Assembly (NCBI RefSeq): GCF_001194135.2
Contig: NC_068982.1
Location: 75,563,534 to 75,627,533, forward strand
Reading direction: 5' to 3'
From: Octopus bimaculoides
Taxonomy: Eukaryota
DNA: 64,000 bases
Made by a program: the position numbers and the translations under genes. Numbering within the stretch: position 1 is the first letter of the stretch; each line of letters starts with the position of its first letter. This document shows positions 1-12,294 of the stretch, in pieces. A model generated the notes under the pieces. That model searched no databases. It had not been told where the DNA came from and worked only from the letters and a program-made list of their open reading frames with translations.

Positions 1-541
1 CTAGATATAATAAATTACTTAAACATTCCTATAGGATTTCAAGCAGTACTTTTAATAACAATAATAATGGTTTGGGATTTAGGCACATAGTCAGCAATTT
101 TGTGGAGGAGGGATGGTTGGGGTTAGTCTATATCACCGATTCCAATACTTAACTAGAACTTAATTTTGTTATCCCTGAGAGGATGAAAGGCAAAGTTACT
201 CAGTGGTATTTGAACTCAGAATATAAAGCACCAGAGGAAATAACCCATGGCATTTTTCTGATGCTCAGCCGACTTTGCCAGCTCCACACCTTTGATGCTA
301 GTGATCATGATAATCATAATAATAATAATAATAATTGCTTTAAATTTTGGCAATTTTAGGGGCGGTGGTAGTGGAAATGGATTACATTAACACCAGTATA
401 TTCAACTGGTACTTTGCTTAAACCTCCAAAAGGACAAAAGGCAAAGTTCACCATGGCAAGATTTGAACAAAGAACATGAAGTGTGGAAAGAAATACTGTT
501 CAGTATCTTGTTCGATGCACTAATTATTCTGCCAGCTCGTA

Positions 542-586
<45 letters not shown>

Positions 587-1638
587 TTCTGATAATTTTT
601 AACCCACATTTGATTGTTGATGCAGACAGGCATGGCTGAATGGTTAAGAAGTTTATTTTACAACCAAAAGGTTTTGCGTTCAATCCCACAACATAACATG
701 TTTGATAAGTGCCTATACCACAGCCTTAGATCAAGCCAAATCTTGTGAGTAAACCTGGGTGGACGAAGACTGCATGGAAGCCTGTTGGTGGATTGCAACT
801 GTAATTCAAAGTTTCAGTCTTGTCACACATGTGCCACATTGATTCTACCAGAGAATTACCCCCCAGGGTACCCATGTCTGTGGAATATTCAACCACTTTG
901 CATGTTAAATCAATGATGAGGTTGTCCAGCTGGCCAAACAATTGTCTGGTCATACATCAAAATTTTATTGATATTGGAAAATGAAAGGTAGAGCTGACTT
1001 CATTATTTGAATTCAGAACATAAATAGTCAAGATAAATTTTCATAAAAATAACAACAAAACCAATAATAATAATTATAATAATAATGATGATGATGATGA
1101 TTCCTAGGGGAGACAGAAGGACACATATTTTATGGGTTTAATTTAGATCATTTTAAAGCAGAAAGTTTGTATCAATGAAGCGGAAGCAGCCTTGGTTAAG
1201 CTGGTACCAAAAGGATTAAAATTAGTTAGTCAAGGGAAGAGGAGCCAAACTAATGATGTTCGCAGGCTCAGCTAGAGTTGTTGTTGGAGGTGGTAGTGGT
1301 GGTAGGAATTTGGTGTGGTTAATGTTCATCTTTAACATTTGCAAGTTGATGTTTCCAGGAAAAGTTTGAACGAGGAAGGAATGTCAGAAGGTTAGTTCTA
1401 AGAAGTGAGAAACAGTGAGGATGGCAGGAGAAGAGGGAGGAGTTGTGGACGGGACTGAATGGAAATGGTACCCAACAGAGTACCTTAAAAAAGTAAAACA
1501 TCCAATGAAGGTGACAGAAACGGAGATAAGCTCTAGCATTGTAGATTGTTAAGATTGAGAACAACAAGAGATTTACTATGTCAAAAGATTTACTAAGAAT
1601 ATGAGTTATGAGTGCGCATAAAGGCATTAAAAAATTAC

Positions 1639-1805
1639 CTGGTAAGCATCCAAAAGGGCTCCTACATCCACATTCTGGGCAGACGGTAGCTCAAAACGTG
1701 CCTGCATTTTCCACTGTACATTCTTAATAACCTTGAAGTGCACGCATGCGTTAAAACCCACCACCACCAACAACAACAACACAACAGTAATCACCAGAGG
1801 AATTA
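1639..1805 (-). CDS. Exon, 167 nt, phase 1/0: (V)[55 protein letters not shown]; transmembrane segment plus tail
   Basis: Acceptor tacgttcag|TA, donor CAG|gtaatt, open frame. Phase 1 matches the GCAG|gt donor of the 1944-2085 exon (138-nt intron). Caveat: the hydrophobic run overlaps a GTT/GGT triplet repeat. Confidence 0.68.
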
Positions 1806-2180
1806 CTGAACGTAATATCTTAAAAGTTTAGATTTCAAACTTTAGTTAGGTTAATAGTGAAATGTAATGAGAATTAGATATAAGAGGTGTTAGGTTGTCG
1901 GTAAAAAAAAAAAATACTGTTTCCAACCCCACTTCCTCCACACCTGCACTCCTCCAGCCATCAATTCCAAGACTTAAAAGCAAAACTTGAAGGGTTGGGG
2001 AAGAGCTCAGTGGAGAGGAAGAGATTGGAGTCTTGGAATCAATAATGACAGATGATCCATAATTGCTTCGTTTCATACCAAACAACTAAAATACGCACTC
2101 AGGTGTTGAACATTGATTTTCATACTAGTATGAGAGTGTGTGTATATGTATATATATGCATGTGTATATATGTATATGCT

Positions 2181-2216
<36 letters not shown>

Positions 2217-2688
2217 AATATATATATATATATACATACACACGTATATATATATATATATATATATACATACATACACACATGTATATGCACACACAAA
2301 TGTATGTGTACATATACACACTTGCACGCACATATGGAACATATATTTCACATACAATAAGGATGTTTGCATGCTTGTGACATGCACACACACACACAGG
2401 TGTATTCAGAGAAAACACACAAGGTAAGAGAAATGATCAAGTTGAATGGCAGGGGGAGGGGAGCAGGAAGTAGTTTGTAGAGGAGCAAGTTGAGTTGAGT
2501 TGTGGCACCTAGGTTACTGACTGATTCTTGGCAGAAACAGTGATGTAAAGAAACTGTGCAAGAACCAGATATATCAGAATGCAGTGAAGAATCAAGTTCA
2601 GCTTAAAGTGTAAGTAATGCTGATACAGTGATGGCAGGGAGGTTGTGATAGTGTATTATAACATCAAAGAGGAAATAGGTGGAGGGGA

Positions 2689-2732
<44 letters not shown>

Positions 2733-2856
2733 AAAAGGTGGGTGAAATAGAATAGAGTTGGTGGAGCAGGATAGAATAATTCAGGGAGATGAAGAGAAAG
2801 TACAGTGAAAGTGAGAGAGGGAGAATAAGAGATAATGGGGTTTCATAAGATATAAC

Positions 2857-2905
<49 letters not shown>

Positions 2906-5900
2906 AAAATGAAGAGAAATGGGGGTGGGGGAACAGGAAATGTAAGAAGGGATACAGGAAGAGAAAAGTAGGTCTGGAGTGAGGGGAAGGAGAGAAAGGG
3001 AGGAAGAAGAAGAGAGGGGAGGAAAGGAGAGAGAGAAAAAGGAAAAGGGGGAAGGAAGGGAGGGAACAGGGACAAAGAAAGATGTAGAGAGAGGGATATA
3101 TATAGAGGAGAGGGACAGAGTGAAAGGAGGGAAAGAGAGATAGATAGAAAGAAGGGATAGAGAGAGGACTGTTTGAGTACAGATGATGATGATTTCAATA
3201 CTCCCACCAAAGATATTTCCCATCTTCCCACCACTTCAAATAAATGGAATCAAAGTTGTAAAAGCAGCAGTGGAAGAGATTTCTCTTTTTCTCCCAATAT
3301 TTTTCTACTTACCGACACAGATTCTTGGTCAATGGTGTTGTCTGCCAACCTCTTGGAGATCTCCATATAAGCATACTCAAGTTTATCATGTTCCCGCTTA
3401 ATTTTGTCCAGCTCCCACTGAGTTTGACTCCAACTGCGATGGGTTTCTTCCAGTTCCTTCTGCAGCACTTTGACTTGCCTCTGATAATCCACAAGGTTCT
3501 CTTCTGATTTTGTTATTTCTTGCTGCCATTTATCAAGATCAGACTGCACAAAGAAAGTTTAAAAAGACAAAAAAAAAGCGAGTAGTTTTTCTATGAGCTT
3601 CTTATTGTAAACCACAGGTAATAAGTACTTTGAAAATGAAAAGGACCCCAGCTTCCTGTATACAAGTGTCTGTCACCAGGATGACACATAAGAATAAACA
3701 AGAGCAGTTAAAGTTTTAACAACTCTGTGGTTCCTTTGCAAACCATTATCATCATCATTTAACATCTGTTTTCCATGTGGGAATGGGTTGGACAGTTTGC
3801 CAGGGTCCAATAAGTAGGAGGACTATGTTGAGGTCCAACGCCTGCTTTGGCATGGTTTCCACAGTTGAATACCTTTCCTAACATAAACCACTTTACAGAG
3901 TGTACTGAGGGCCTTTTTCATAACAAGAGTTAGCTCATCCAGTAACTTACAAGCCAAAGAAAAAGATACTCTTTCAACTGAACAGGGTTGCAGTAGAAAA
4001 AGAGGTGGCTTTATGCCAACTGTCGAGAGGTTAAAATTACGATAAAGGGACATGCATAGGTGTCTTGCTATAGAAGAAATACATGGCTATTCTACATTCT
4101 ATAGGAGTGAGTGGGAGTAACTGGAAAGAAGGTAGAGATGTTGGAGCATACAATCTCGCTATAAGGAGAATATAAGCTGAGGATGAGAAATGTGGATGGT
4201 ACTGTTAATTACAGCTATTCAACAAACCATTCACTGGTCTACAGTTTTTTCTGCTACAAATAGCAGATTAGGCAATTATAATATATGTGTACATGAGAGA
4301 GTGCTCACACGTATGCACAACCGTGCCCTGCACCTAATTTCCTTCTCAAGACACCCCCACCATGTATCATCTCTGTAATGGCAGCTTCCTTGATACCACT
4401 AATCTTTCTCACTGCCAAGAACCATTTCATTTGAAAGCTATCCTTCATCCTTATACTGTCCTCTCCACCCACATTTTATACTGATCACCTCCTCTCAGCC
4501 ACCAAATTGCCTTTCTTTTTCTATCAACATCAAACATCTCTCAATCTCCCCATGTACTACACCTGCTCCCCCCTCCCTCACTCTAGTAACCTATCCAACC
4601 ATGTCATCTCTCTCATTCTTCTCCAATCTACTTTCTCATCATTAATATTCTGCTGTTCTACATCCCCCATGCCTTATTTACCATTTACTGCATTCACCCC
4701 TCAACACTTACTCATCATTCATTATTATACTCACGCCTTCATCCATTTCCTTTCTCCCATACACTCTTGCAACCTCTAACCCACATTCTTTTTCTCCTGT
4801 CCTTACTCTTTTCCACTCACCTTGTATTTTAAGAGTCCATTCAGGGTCTTCATCACCACTATTTTTATTTTCCCCAGATTCAGCTCAATCACTCCCATCC
4901 AATCTTCTAAAATTTGAGTAGTCATTAGCTCCTCTACAGAAATAAACCAAGTCTGCTCTGGCAGCTTATCCCCAACATAAAGTCATCTCTCCCAGAGTTT
5001 GTAGCCTTGCAAGCTGCTTTGTGACCTCACTAGTGCTAGTGCCATCAAAAATACACTCTGTACACATTGTGAAGTGGTTGACGAAAGTAGACATTGGAGA
5101 ATGAGTCTTTAGAATTGAATTCTGTCAAACAAACCAATTCATGTTAGCATGGAACATGGACACTAAATGATGATTATAATTATTATTTGAAGGCACTGTT
5201 TACAGTTTCCTTGCTGAAAGACACACAGACATACATATGCATATATACGTTGGACATCCTTGTGGTTTCTGTCTAGTAATAAATTTCAGCCTCAAGGTAC
5301 TGGTCAATCTAAGAATATTGCAGAAGCCATTTGCCCACGATGCAGGGCAGTGGGATCAAGAACAGAACCATGTGTTTAGAAAGAGAACCTCTAAAGAACA
5401 CAGTCACACCTGCTGGTGAGCTAGATTCTGTACAATGTAAAGAGGGAGAAAGGTATTTTCAAACCAGAACCTTGAAATGAATGTTTGCAACAGAGTTAAC
5501 TCAACTAAATGTATCCAAGGTGCCAGGTGGTGGTGTTAAAATCAAGTGACAGTCTACTACTGAAGTAAGCAATGGTGGGATTTGAATCCAAAATGCAAAC
5601 AATTGGATCAAGTACGACAAGGCATCAGGTTCAACATTCTTATAGTTCTACCAATCCAACATCCTGGACTGGTACATTTTCTACTGACCCTGAAAGGATA
5701 AAAATCAAAGTCTTTGGCAGGATCTGAACTGAGTGCAGAAAGTTGGAAGAAATCATGCAAAGCGTTTTACCTGATGTCCTAATGACTCTGCCAAATCATC
5801 ACGTAATTAATTATAAAAATATTTCAGTCCAACTTGATTCAGTGAATCATTATTATTTATACATAACTGGCATTATGTATATCTAGATTAAAGCAGTGAG

Positions 5901-6182
5901 CTGGCAGAATCATTAGTGTGTTGAACAAAATGCTTAGTGCTATTTCGTCTGAGACTTGTTCTGAGTGCAAATTCTGCTAACTATACTTTTCATTTTACCA
6001 GGGTTAATGAAATATAGTACTAGTTGAGTACTGGGATTGATGATATAAACTAAAAAAAATCAGTGGCTTTGTGCCAAAGTTTGAAACCATCATTTATTCA
6101 TACATTATACATAAATGATATTTAAAAAAATAAAAATGGAGAAATAAAAGATACACAAAAATAAGAAGTGTGTGAGTGAGTG

Positions 6183-6219
<37 letters not shown>

Positions 6220-9200
6220 TAATTAAATGAAAGATGGAGAAGAAAAAGTAAAGCAGATCTGTATTTGATGATATATAAAACCCCACCCCCATATAAAAAT
6301 GTGTCCAAAACTCATGCCAGGTCTAATATGTAAAGCTGGGTTTCTCATAAGCTTTAATGCATCAAAACCATTTCTCTTCAATATCGGAAAGTGTCTTCTA
6401 CTATAACCCTGTGTGTGCATGTGCGGTATTGTCCCCATGCATCGACACCATCCAATAATTGCAAACGAATGCCACAGTCTTGTAAATGGTATCCCTCATT
6501 TCCAATCTTCCATGGAAACATGTCTGGTCATGGGGAAATATTACCTTACTTGGAAATAAGTGAGGGTTGGTGACAAGAAGGGCATCCAATCATACAAAAT
6601 CTGCTTTAACAAAATTCTGTCTGGCCTGTGTGTGCATGGGAAAGTGGATGTTAAAATGATGGTGAGTATGATGAGCTGAAATTGGGGTGTGTCTTTTATG
6701 CCATCAGATATGGTAATGATAAATATTATTTCTTATTTTGGTCAGAGAGCCACTGATTTGGAGAAGACTACAGTTGATCAAGCTGACTGCAATATAAGCA
6801 TGGTGATAATTTAATCCTCTACAGTGGGATAAAAGGTGAAGTAAACCATGGCAAGATTTGAACTCAGAAAGTAAAAATGCACAATATTTAGTTTGGCATC
6901 CCACCATTTTGAAACTTCCCCAAGATAGTGGTGGCGGTAGCAATGAAATAAAATAGAAGGCTACTTGAAAATGTGACTCATGGAGTAGGAGAAGAAGAAA
7001 ATGACTTAAAGAGGAGAAATCAAACTAATATTTTTATTTTTTAATTTTTAGAATAAAGAATTAATCAAAGATAATTTCAAAGATTAAAAAAAAAAATTAC
7101 CTGAGAGCTTTGAAATCTCTCTTCAGCTTTATCTCGCTGTGTTTTTATCTTATCAATTTGTAACAACAGACGCTCTTTCATTTTAGATGCTTCTTCTTCC
7201 CAAGATGTTAATTCTTCTGTTAAACTTTTTACAAGTTCTTTGTTGGATTTGTCTTGCTAAAAATGCCAGAAGGCAAAAATTACAAAAAATATAAAATCAA
7301 AAATAAAATGATTAGAAAAACAGAAGACAAACTAAATGATAGGACACCAGAATAAATAACTGAAAGCTATTAAAAAAATATAAAATATAAAATTTTCTGG
7401 TTATTTTTCATGTTTCTTTCTCAATTTTATAAAACATTTAAGTGAGTTGAAGAGTTGAAAATTCTAAATAAATTAAAAACAAAAATTTCTGATAAAAATT
7501 TTGTTTTTCTTAGCAATCTCAAATATTAACAAATTATATCTGTTTGATGGCTGCAGTTTTGTGGAAATTACGTTGGAGATTTTGTTAGTATTTGTGCTTC
7601 GAACACACTGAGCTTACAATTGCCCACCCTGCTGCTTCTTGTCAACTGTTCCCAAGCAGTGTTTATATTTTTTGACACTGCTGATACCACCCTACTGAAT
7701 GGTACTGCTCAGGTGCTGAAACTATAATGATATCTGTTAAACAGCTGAAGATGTGAAGTCTACATTTGTTGTGTTTGTTCATTTGTATATGTTTTTCGTA
7801 GTAAACCTTTTGTATCTTGTATTTTCATTGTTTTGGAGTTGTTTCCTATGGAAATTCTAGTTCCATTAAAGGTTAGACTTGTTCAAGGAATTTATAGTTT
7901 ATATTGGTTTTGTAGCATAAAATAACATTGATTTCTACAAATTTTGAGGGAGGGTATAGTCAATTATATCAACCCTGGAAAGATGGAAGCTAAAACTGAC
8001 CCTAATGGGGTGTGAATTCAGAATGCCAAGACTTATGGCTAAATATTGCAAGAATTCCTTACACAAAACATCTAAAATCCCAAATATTAAATATTAGATT
8101 GATTCATTTTAAATAAAGCCTGGCCCATGACCACTTAAAGGGTTTCCAAGACTGATGGAAAGGAAAGAGGGAGCATGGTTTTCTGAAACAAGAGACCTGG
8201 CCTGAATGCATGCAACAGTGGGGTCCACTAAAAGCACCCAAAATGCCAAATGGTTTAAGTCTACTACCGATATAGGCCATAGTAGGATTTGAACTCAGAA
8301 CAATGTGGGAACAAATGCTGCAAGGGGTTCTATCTGATGCTCTAATGATTCTTCCTCATTCACTGCTATATGTAAAGGAGTTCAGAATAAGCTGACAGAA
8401 AATGTATTCTTTCACACCTTTTTAATGTTTTCTTTTAAGGCAGTTATGTTGCTTTGGTATTCTTCAACAATATGTTCCAGTGTAGACACACGAGCTTCTA
8501 GATGGGCTTTATCCTGTTGGAGTATTTGAATTTTCTCTTCTGTCTTTTCGCTGAAAAATTAAGAAGAAAAAAGAAACACCTTATAATTAGTATCAAACAT
8601 ACTCTGCAGTTGTCTCTCTTCTCTCTCTCTCAACAATGTGCTAGTTACTCACTGAACTATTCTCGTCTCTATTTTTTCTCCCTAGCCTTCTCTACTGCTC
8701 CATCTCCATTACCCATGTCTCACTTCTATAAATCATAGTGTTCCTCACACCAACAGCATCCAACTTTCTTTTCAATTTCAGCGACACTCCCCTCTTCGTT
8801 ATAGCATGCCACTCAGTACTCAGAACATCTCACATGCATATTTCACTCTAGCCTCTGTCATTATATTCTACCCTCTTTCTTCTACAACAAAAAACAACAG
8901 CTGCTGCTGCCACCAACAGACATCAATTTTCCATGCTGGCATGGTTAGACGTTTTGTTTGGAGATAGTGAGCAGGAGAGCTGCACCAAGCTCCAGTTTGT
9001 TTTGGCTTGGTTTCTATGGCTGGATGCCCTTCCTAATGCCAACCACTCCGCAAAGTGTACTGAGTGCCTTTTATGTGTCAACAAAACATTTTCACATCTT
9101 TCATTTTCTTGCCATTTCCAAGATCCAACTTCACATTCTCTCACCTGCAGCCCCACTATTTACACACCTTATACTTAAATGTGGCTGTTACATTGATTAA

Positions 9201-12200
9201 TAACTTCACACATCGCTACATACACTATATATTCAATGAATCTAGCTAGCATATATTCAACATTTATAGAAGCTTACTACAACACCTTTACTGTACATTA
9301 TAGTTGGTCATTTCTTTTCTTTCCACCTTGTCACAAACTTTACCACTTGCTCTGACCTTTGTCTTTCTGATATTTACTTTATACTTTATTTTTCAACCGT
9401 ACAGTCCTGCCATCTATTCATATTTTATTTCCATCTATACTTTTCTGTGTTTAACACCATAACATCTGTGTACAGTAATTCCCTCCTTTACATTTTGAGT
9501 CAGCACCTCCACTTAACTACAAATAGTAGCAGGCTTAATACTGGCTCCTGATGTACTCCAACATTCATAGAGAATGATGGGAATTGAGCTGGTGATGGAT
9601 GTGGTGAAGAGAAATGTGACGAAGTGATGAGGTCATGTGCTGAGAAAGGATGAAAATGACTGGGTGAAAAGAGTGATGAAAATGAATGTAGAAGTAGATG
9701 ACCAAGAAAGACATAGTGAGGATAGAGATTATGAATGGATACAAACAATCAAGCAAAAAGGGGGTTAGCTTTGTAGATCATGGGGTTCACAAGGATTAAC
9801 ACCTGCTGTGGCAGGAAAACTGACCTTAGTACACTTGTTGAGTTAGCAAAAAATAAAGGACAGACCAACTGAAAAAAAATGTATTCTTGAAATTGTGAAA
9901 TTATTCATTAAAATAGATGAATTCAGAGACATATCATATTTACTCATGTATAAATGGTACCCCTAATTTAGTGTTATATCTTGGTACAAAATTTTTCCTT
10001 AATATTTAAACTTGATATCAGCTTCGTCTTCTATATAAATCACACTCTAGATTTTTTTGGTTAGAATCTAGTATAAATTAGTGAAACCTATACACAAGTA
10101 AACAAGTATTTTTTGGTCACATTATGTAGTAAGAATAATTTTAGCAGAATATTAGCCCAATCAACAAGACTTACACTTTATGGAAGCAGGCGAGAGTTAG
10201 TAACAGGAAAAGTCTCCAGCCACAGAAAATCTCAACAAATTTTCCTCTAACCCATGCAAGCATGGAAAAATGGACATTAAAATGATAAAACAATGCGTGT
10301 CCGTCCACCATACATAAAACCTTATTAATTAAATTGATAACCTAGTTTCATGCGAGTTGTCTGATTTTTCAGCAGTTGAATCTTCACCAATATCTTGGTA
10401 TTTATCAGTTACTGAGAAAGAAGAAGGGTGAAGGTAAACCTGGCATAAATTGAAATACTGCACAGCACAATATAACTGAATCTTTAATTAACAAATCTTA
10501 ATGTTGCTTGGTAGCTAAATGTGGAATTTCACAACAAATTCCTAATGCAGTCACACTATCATCATCATTTTATATCCATGTTCTAAGCAGTAGTGTCTGC
10601 TTTAGCATGGTTTCTACAGCTGGAGGCTTTCCCTAATGCCAACTACTTTATAGCGTGCACTGGATACTATTTTTAAAGGTACCAGTACTAGTGAGATTGT
10701 CATGCAGATTGCAAGACTACAGACCTTGAGAGGGAGGGTTTTATACAAAAAGATCAGAAGTTAAAGAATGAGAGAAGGGGCCAGAGCAGAATGGGTTTCT
10801 TGCTGCAGAGGGACTATATGGCTATTTCTGTTTTAAAAGACAGGGTGGCAAGCAATCAGGGTGGAGCAGGAAAGAGATGAAAATAGCAGTGATAAGGCAT
10901 CTGTGTGGACCCTCAAGGTGAGTAGAAGTGAATGGGAACAGAAGAAATGCGAGTGTGGATGATTGGAAGTTTCAAGTGAATGAAGGATACGCGTTGAGTG
11001 GATAAGAAGGGGAGGTAGGGAAAGTTAAGTGACAACTGTAGAGATTGGGTAGGGTTGAGGGGTAGAAATAGTGAATGGTGGATAAGGGGTAAGGGTGACC
11101 GATGAAGTGGGGAGTAGCAGAATAGTAAGGATGACACTGAATTGGAAAAAAGTGGAGGGAAAGAGAAAGATGCTGAGTGGTTGGGTGGGTTGCATGAATG
11201 CAGGTGTGAAGAAAGGGGCAGGCATATTGGGTTTCATTTAGTTTTTATCCTACCAAATCCACTCATAAGGTTTTTGTTGGCCTGGGGATACAGAAGACAC
11301 TGGGTAAAGCTGATCTGCATTCAAATTGAACCTTAAATCATGTTGTTGGGAAGCAAAATCCTTAACCAAGTAGCCACGAAGAAAAAAAAAATGGGGAAAA
11401 AAACCCCAGTAAAGCCCCCCCCCACACACACACACACAGTGTTCACTTGATCTTTTCAATGAAGTTGAAAATAGCTTACTTTGTTTCTGCTGATCTGCTC
11501 TGCATTCGATTTACACTCACAGATCGAGATATTGAGACCTGTTATAAAAATAAAACATAATTACTTTAACTAGTTTAACTTGAAGCAATCTACAGAGTCA
11601 CAATTAAAATGTAGATATAAGAACAGTGAAACAACAATACACACACATAGTGGCCTGGGGTTAGGGTGTTCTTATTTTTAACTTTTACTTGATTCAATCA
11701 TTGAACAGCAGCCATGCTGCGGTATCACTCTGAAGGATGTAGTTGAGGCAACTCTACCCTTGTAAATTTTAAGTCCGCTACTTATTTTATTGGCTTCTTT
11801 TGCTGAACTGCTGTATTACGGGGACAGAAACAAAGCAAGACCATTTGTCAAACAGTGGAGAAAGGATGCATATGAATACACACAATGGGTTTCCACACAC
11901 TCTACCAAATTCATTCACAAGTCATTGGTTGGCTCAGGGCTCTAGAAGATATTTACCCCAGGTGCCATGCAGTGAGACTGAAAACCAAACCACATGGTTG
12001 CAAAGTGAGCTTCTTAACCACACAGCCATCTCTGCAGCTATTAACTCTTTACCTTATTCCAGCTTCAAAGCTGTAGTCATGCAGGGGCACCACTGTTGTA
12101 AAATTAACTTTGGGTCACTAAATCTATATCCAGATATTTAATGAAACATGTTTTAAAGAAAATCTACAACACTTATGTTTAATATGAGAACTCTATAATA

Positions 12201-12245
12201 AAATGGGAATATCTTTAAATATTTCTTCAGCTATATTTGAGGTTA

Positions 12246-12294
<49 letters not shown>

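Noticed and set aside
620-800. tRNA genes suggested by A/B-box-like motifs
   Set aside because: These are degenerate SINE heads repeated dozens of times, with no complete cloverleaf.
726-953. 75-aa minus-strand ORF as a possible next exon after 1639
   Set aside because: It overlaps SINE-derived sequence and has no convincing splice sites; the next exon probably lies outside the window.
1639-1805. KASH-domain (nesprin-like) identity for the TM tail
   Set aside because: The luminal segment is already longer than a typical KASH peptide, lacks KASH-like residues, and no terminal PPPx is visible.
1846-1943. Read-through of ORF 1846..2085 as the terminal exon
   Set aside because: The tail ([10 protein letters not shown]...) runs through a poly-T, intron-like sequence that ends in a good acceptor. 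Splicing at 1944 gives a better continuation. Kept only as a possible alternative.
2052-3234. ORFs rich in YIYI, CVCV or SLSL (also 402, 12193-12854, 55283, 58365-58601, 59577-60186)
   Set aside because: Translations of microsatellites or N gaps.
7641-7730. Hammerhead-like arrangement (hairpin CAGTGT/ACACTG, CTGATA, CACC/GGTG stem, GAAAC)
   Set aside because: The core is CUGAUA rather than CUGANGA, there is no NUH triplet before stem I, and there is no stem III partner. At best a dead remnant; an Infernal search with hammerhead models would settle it.
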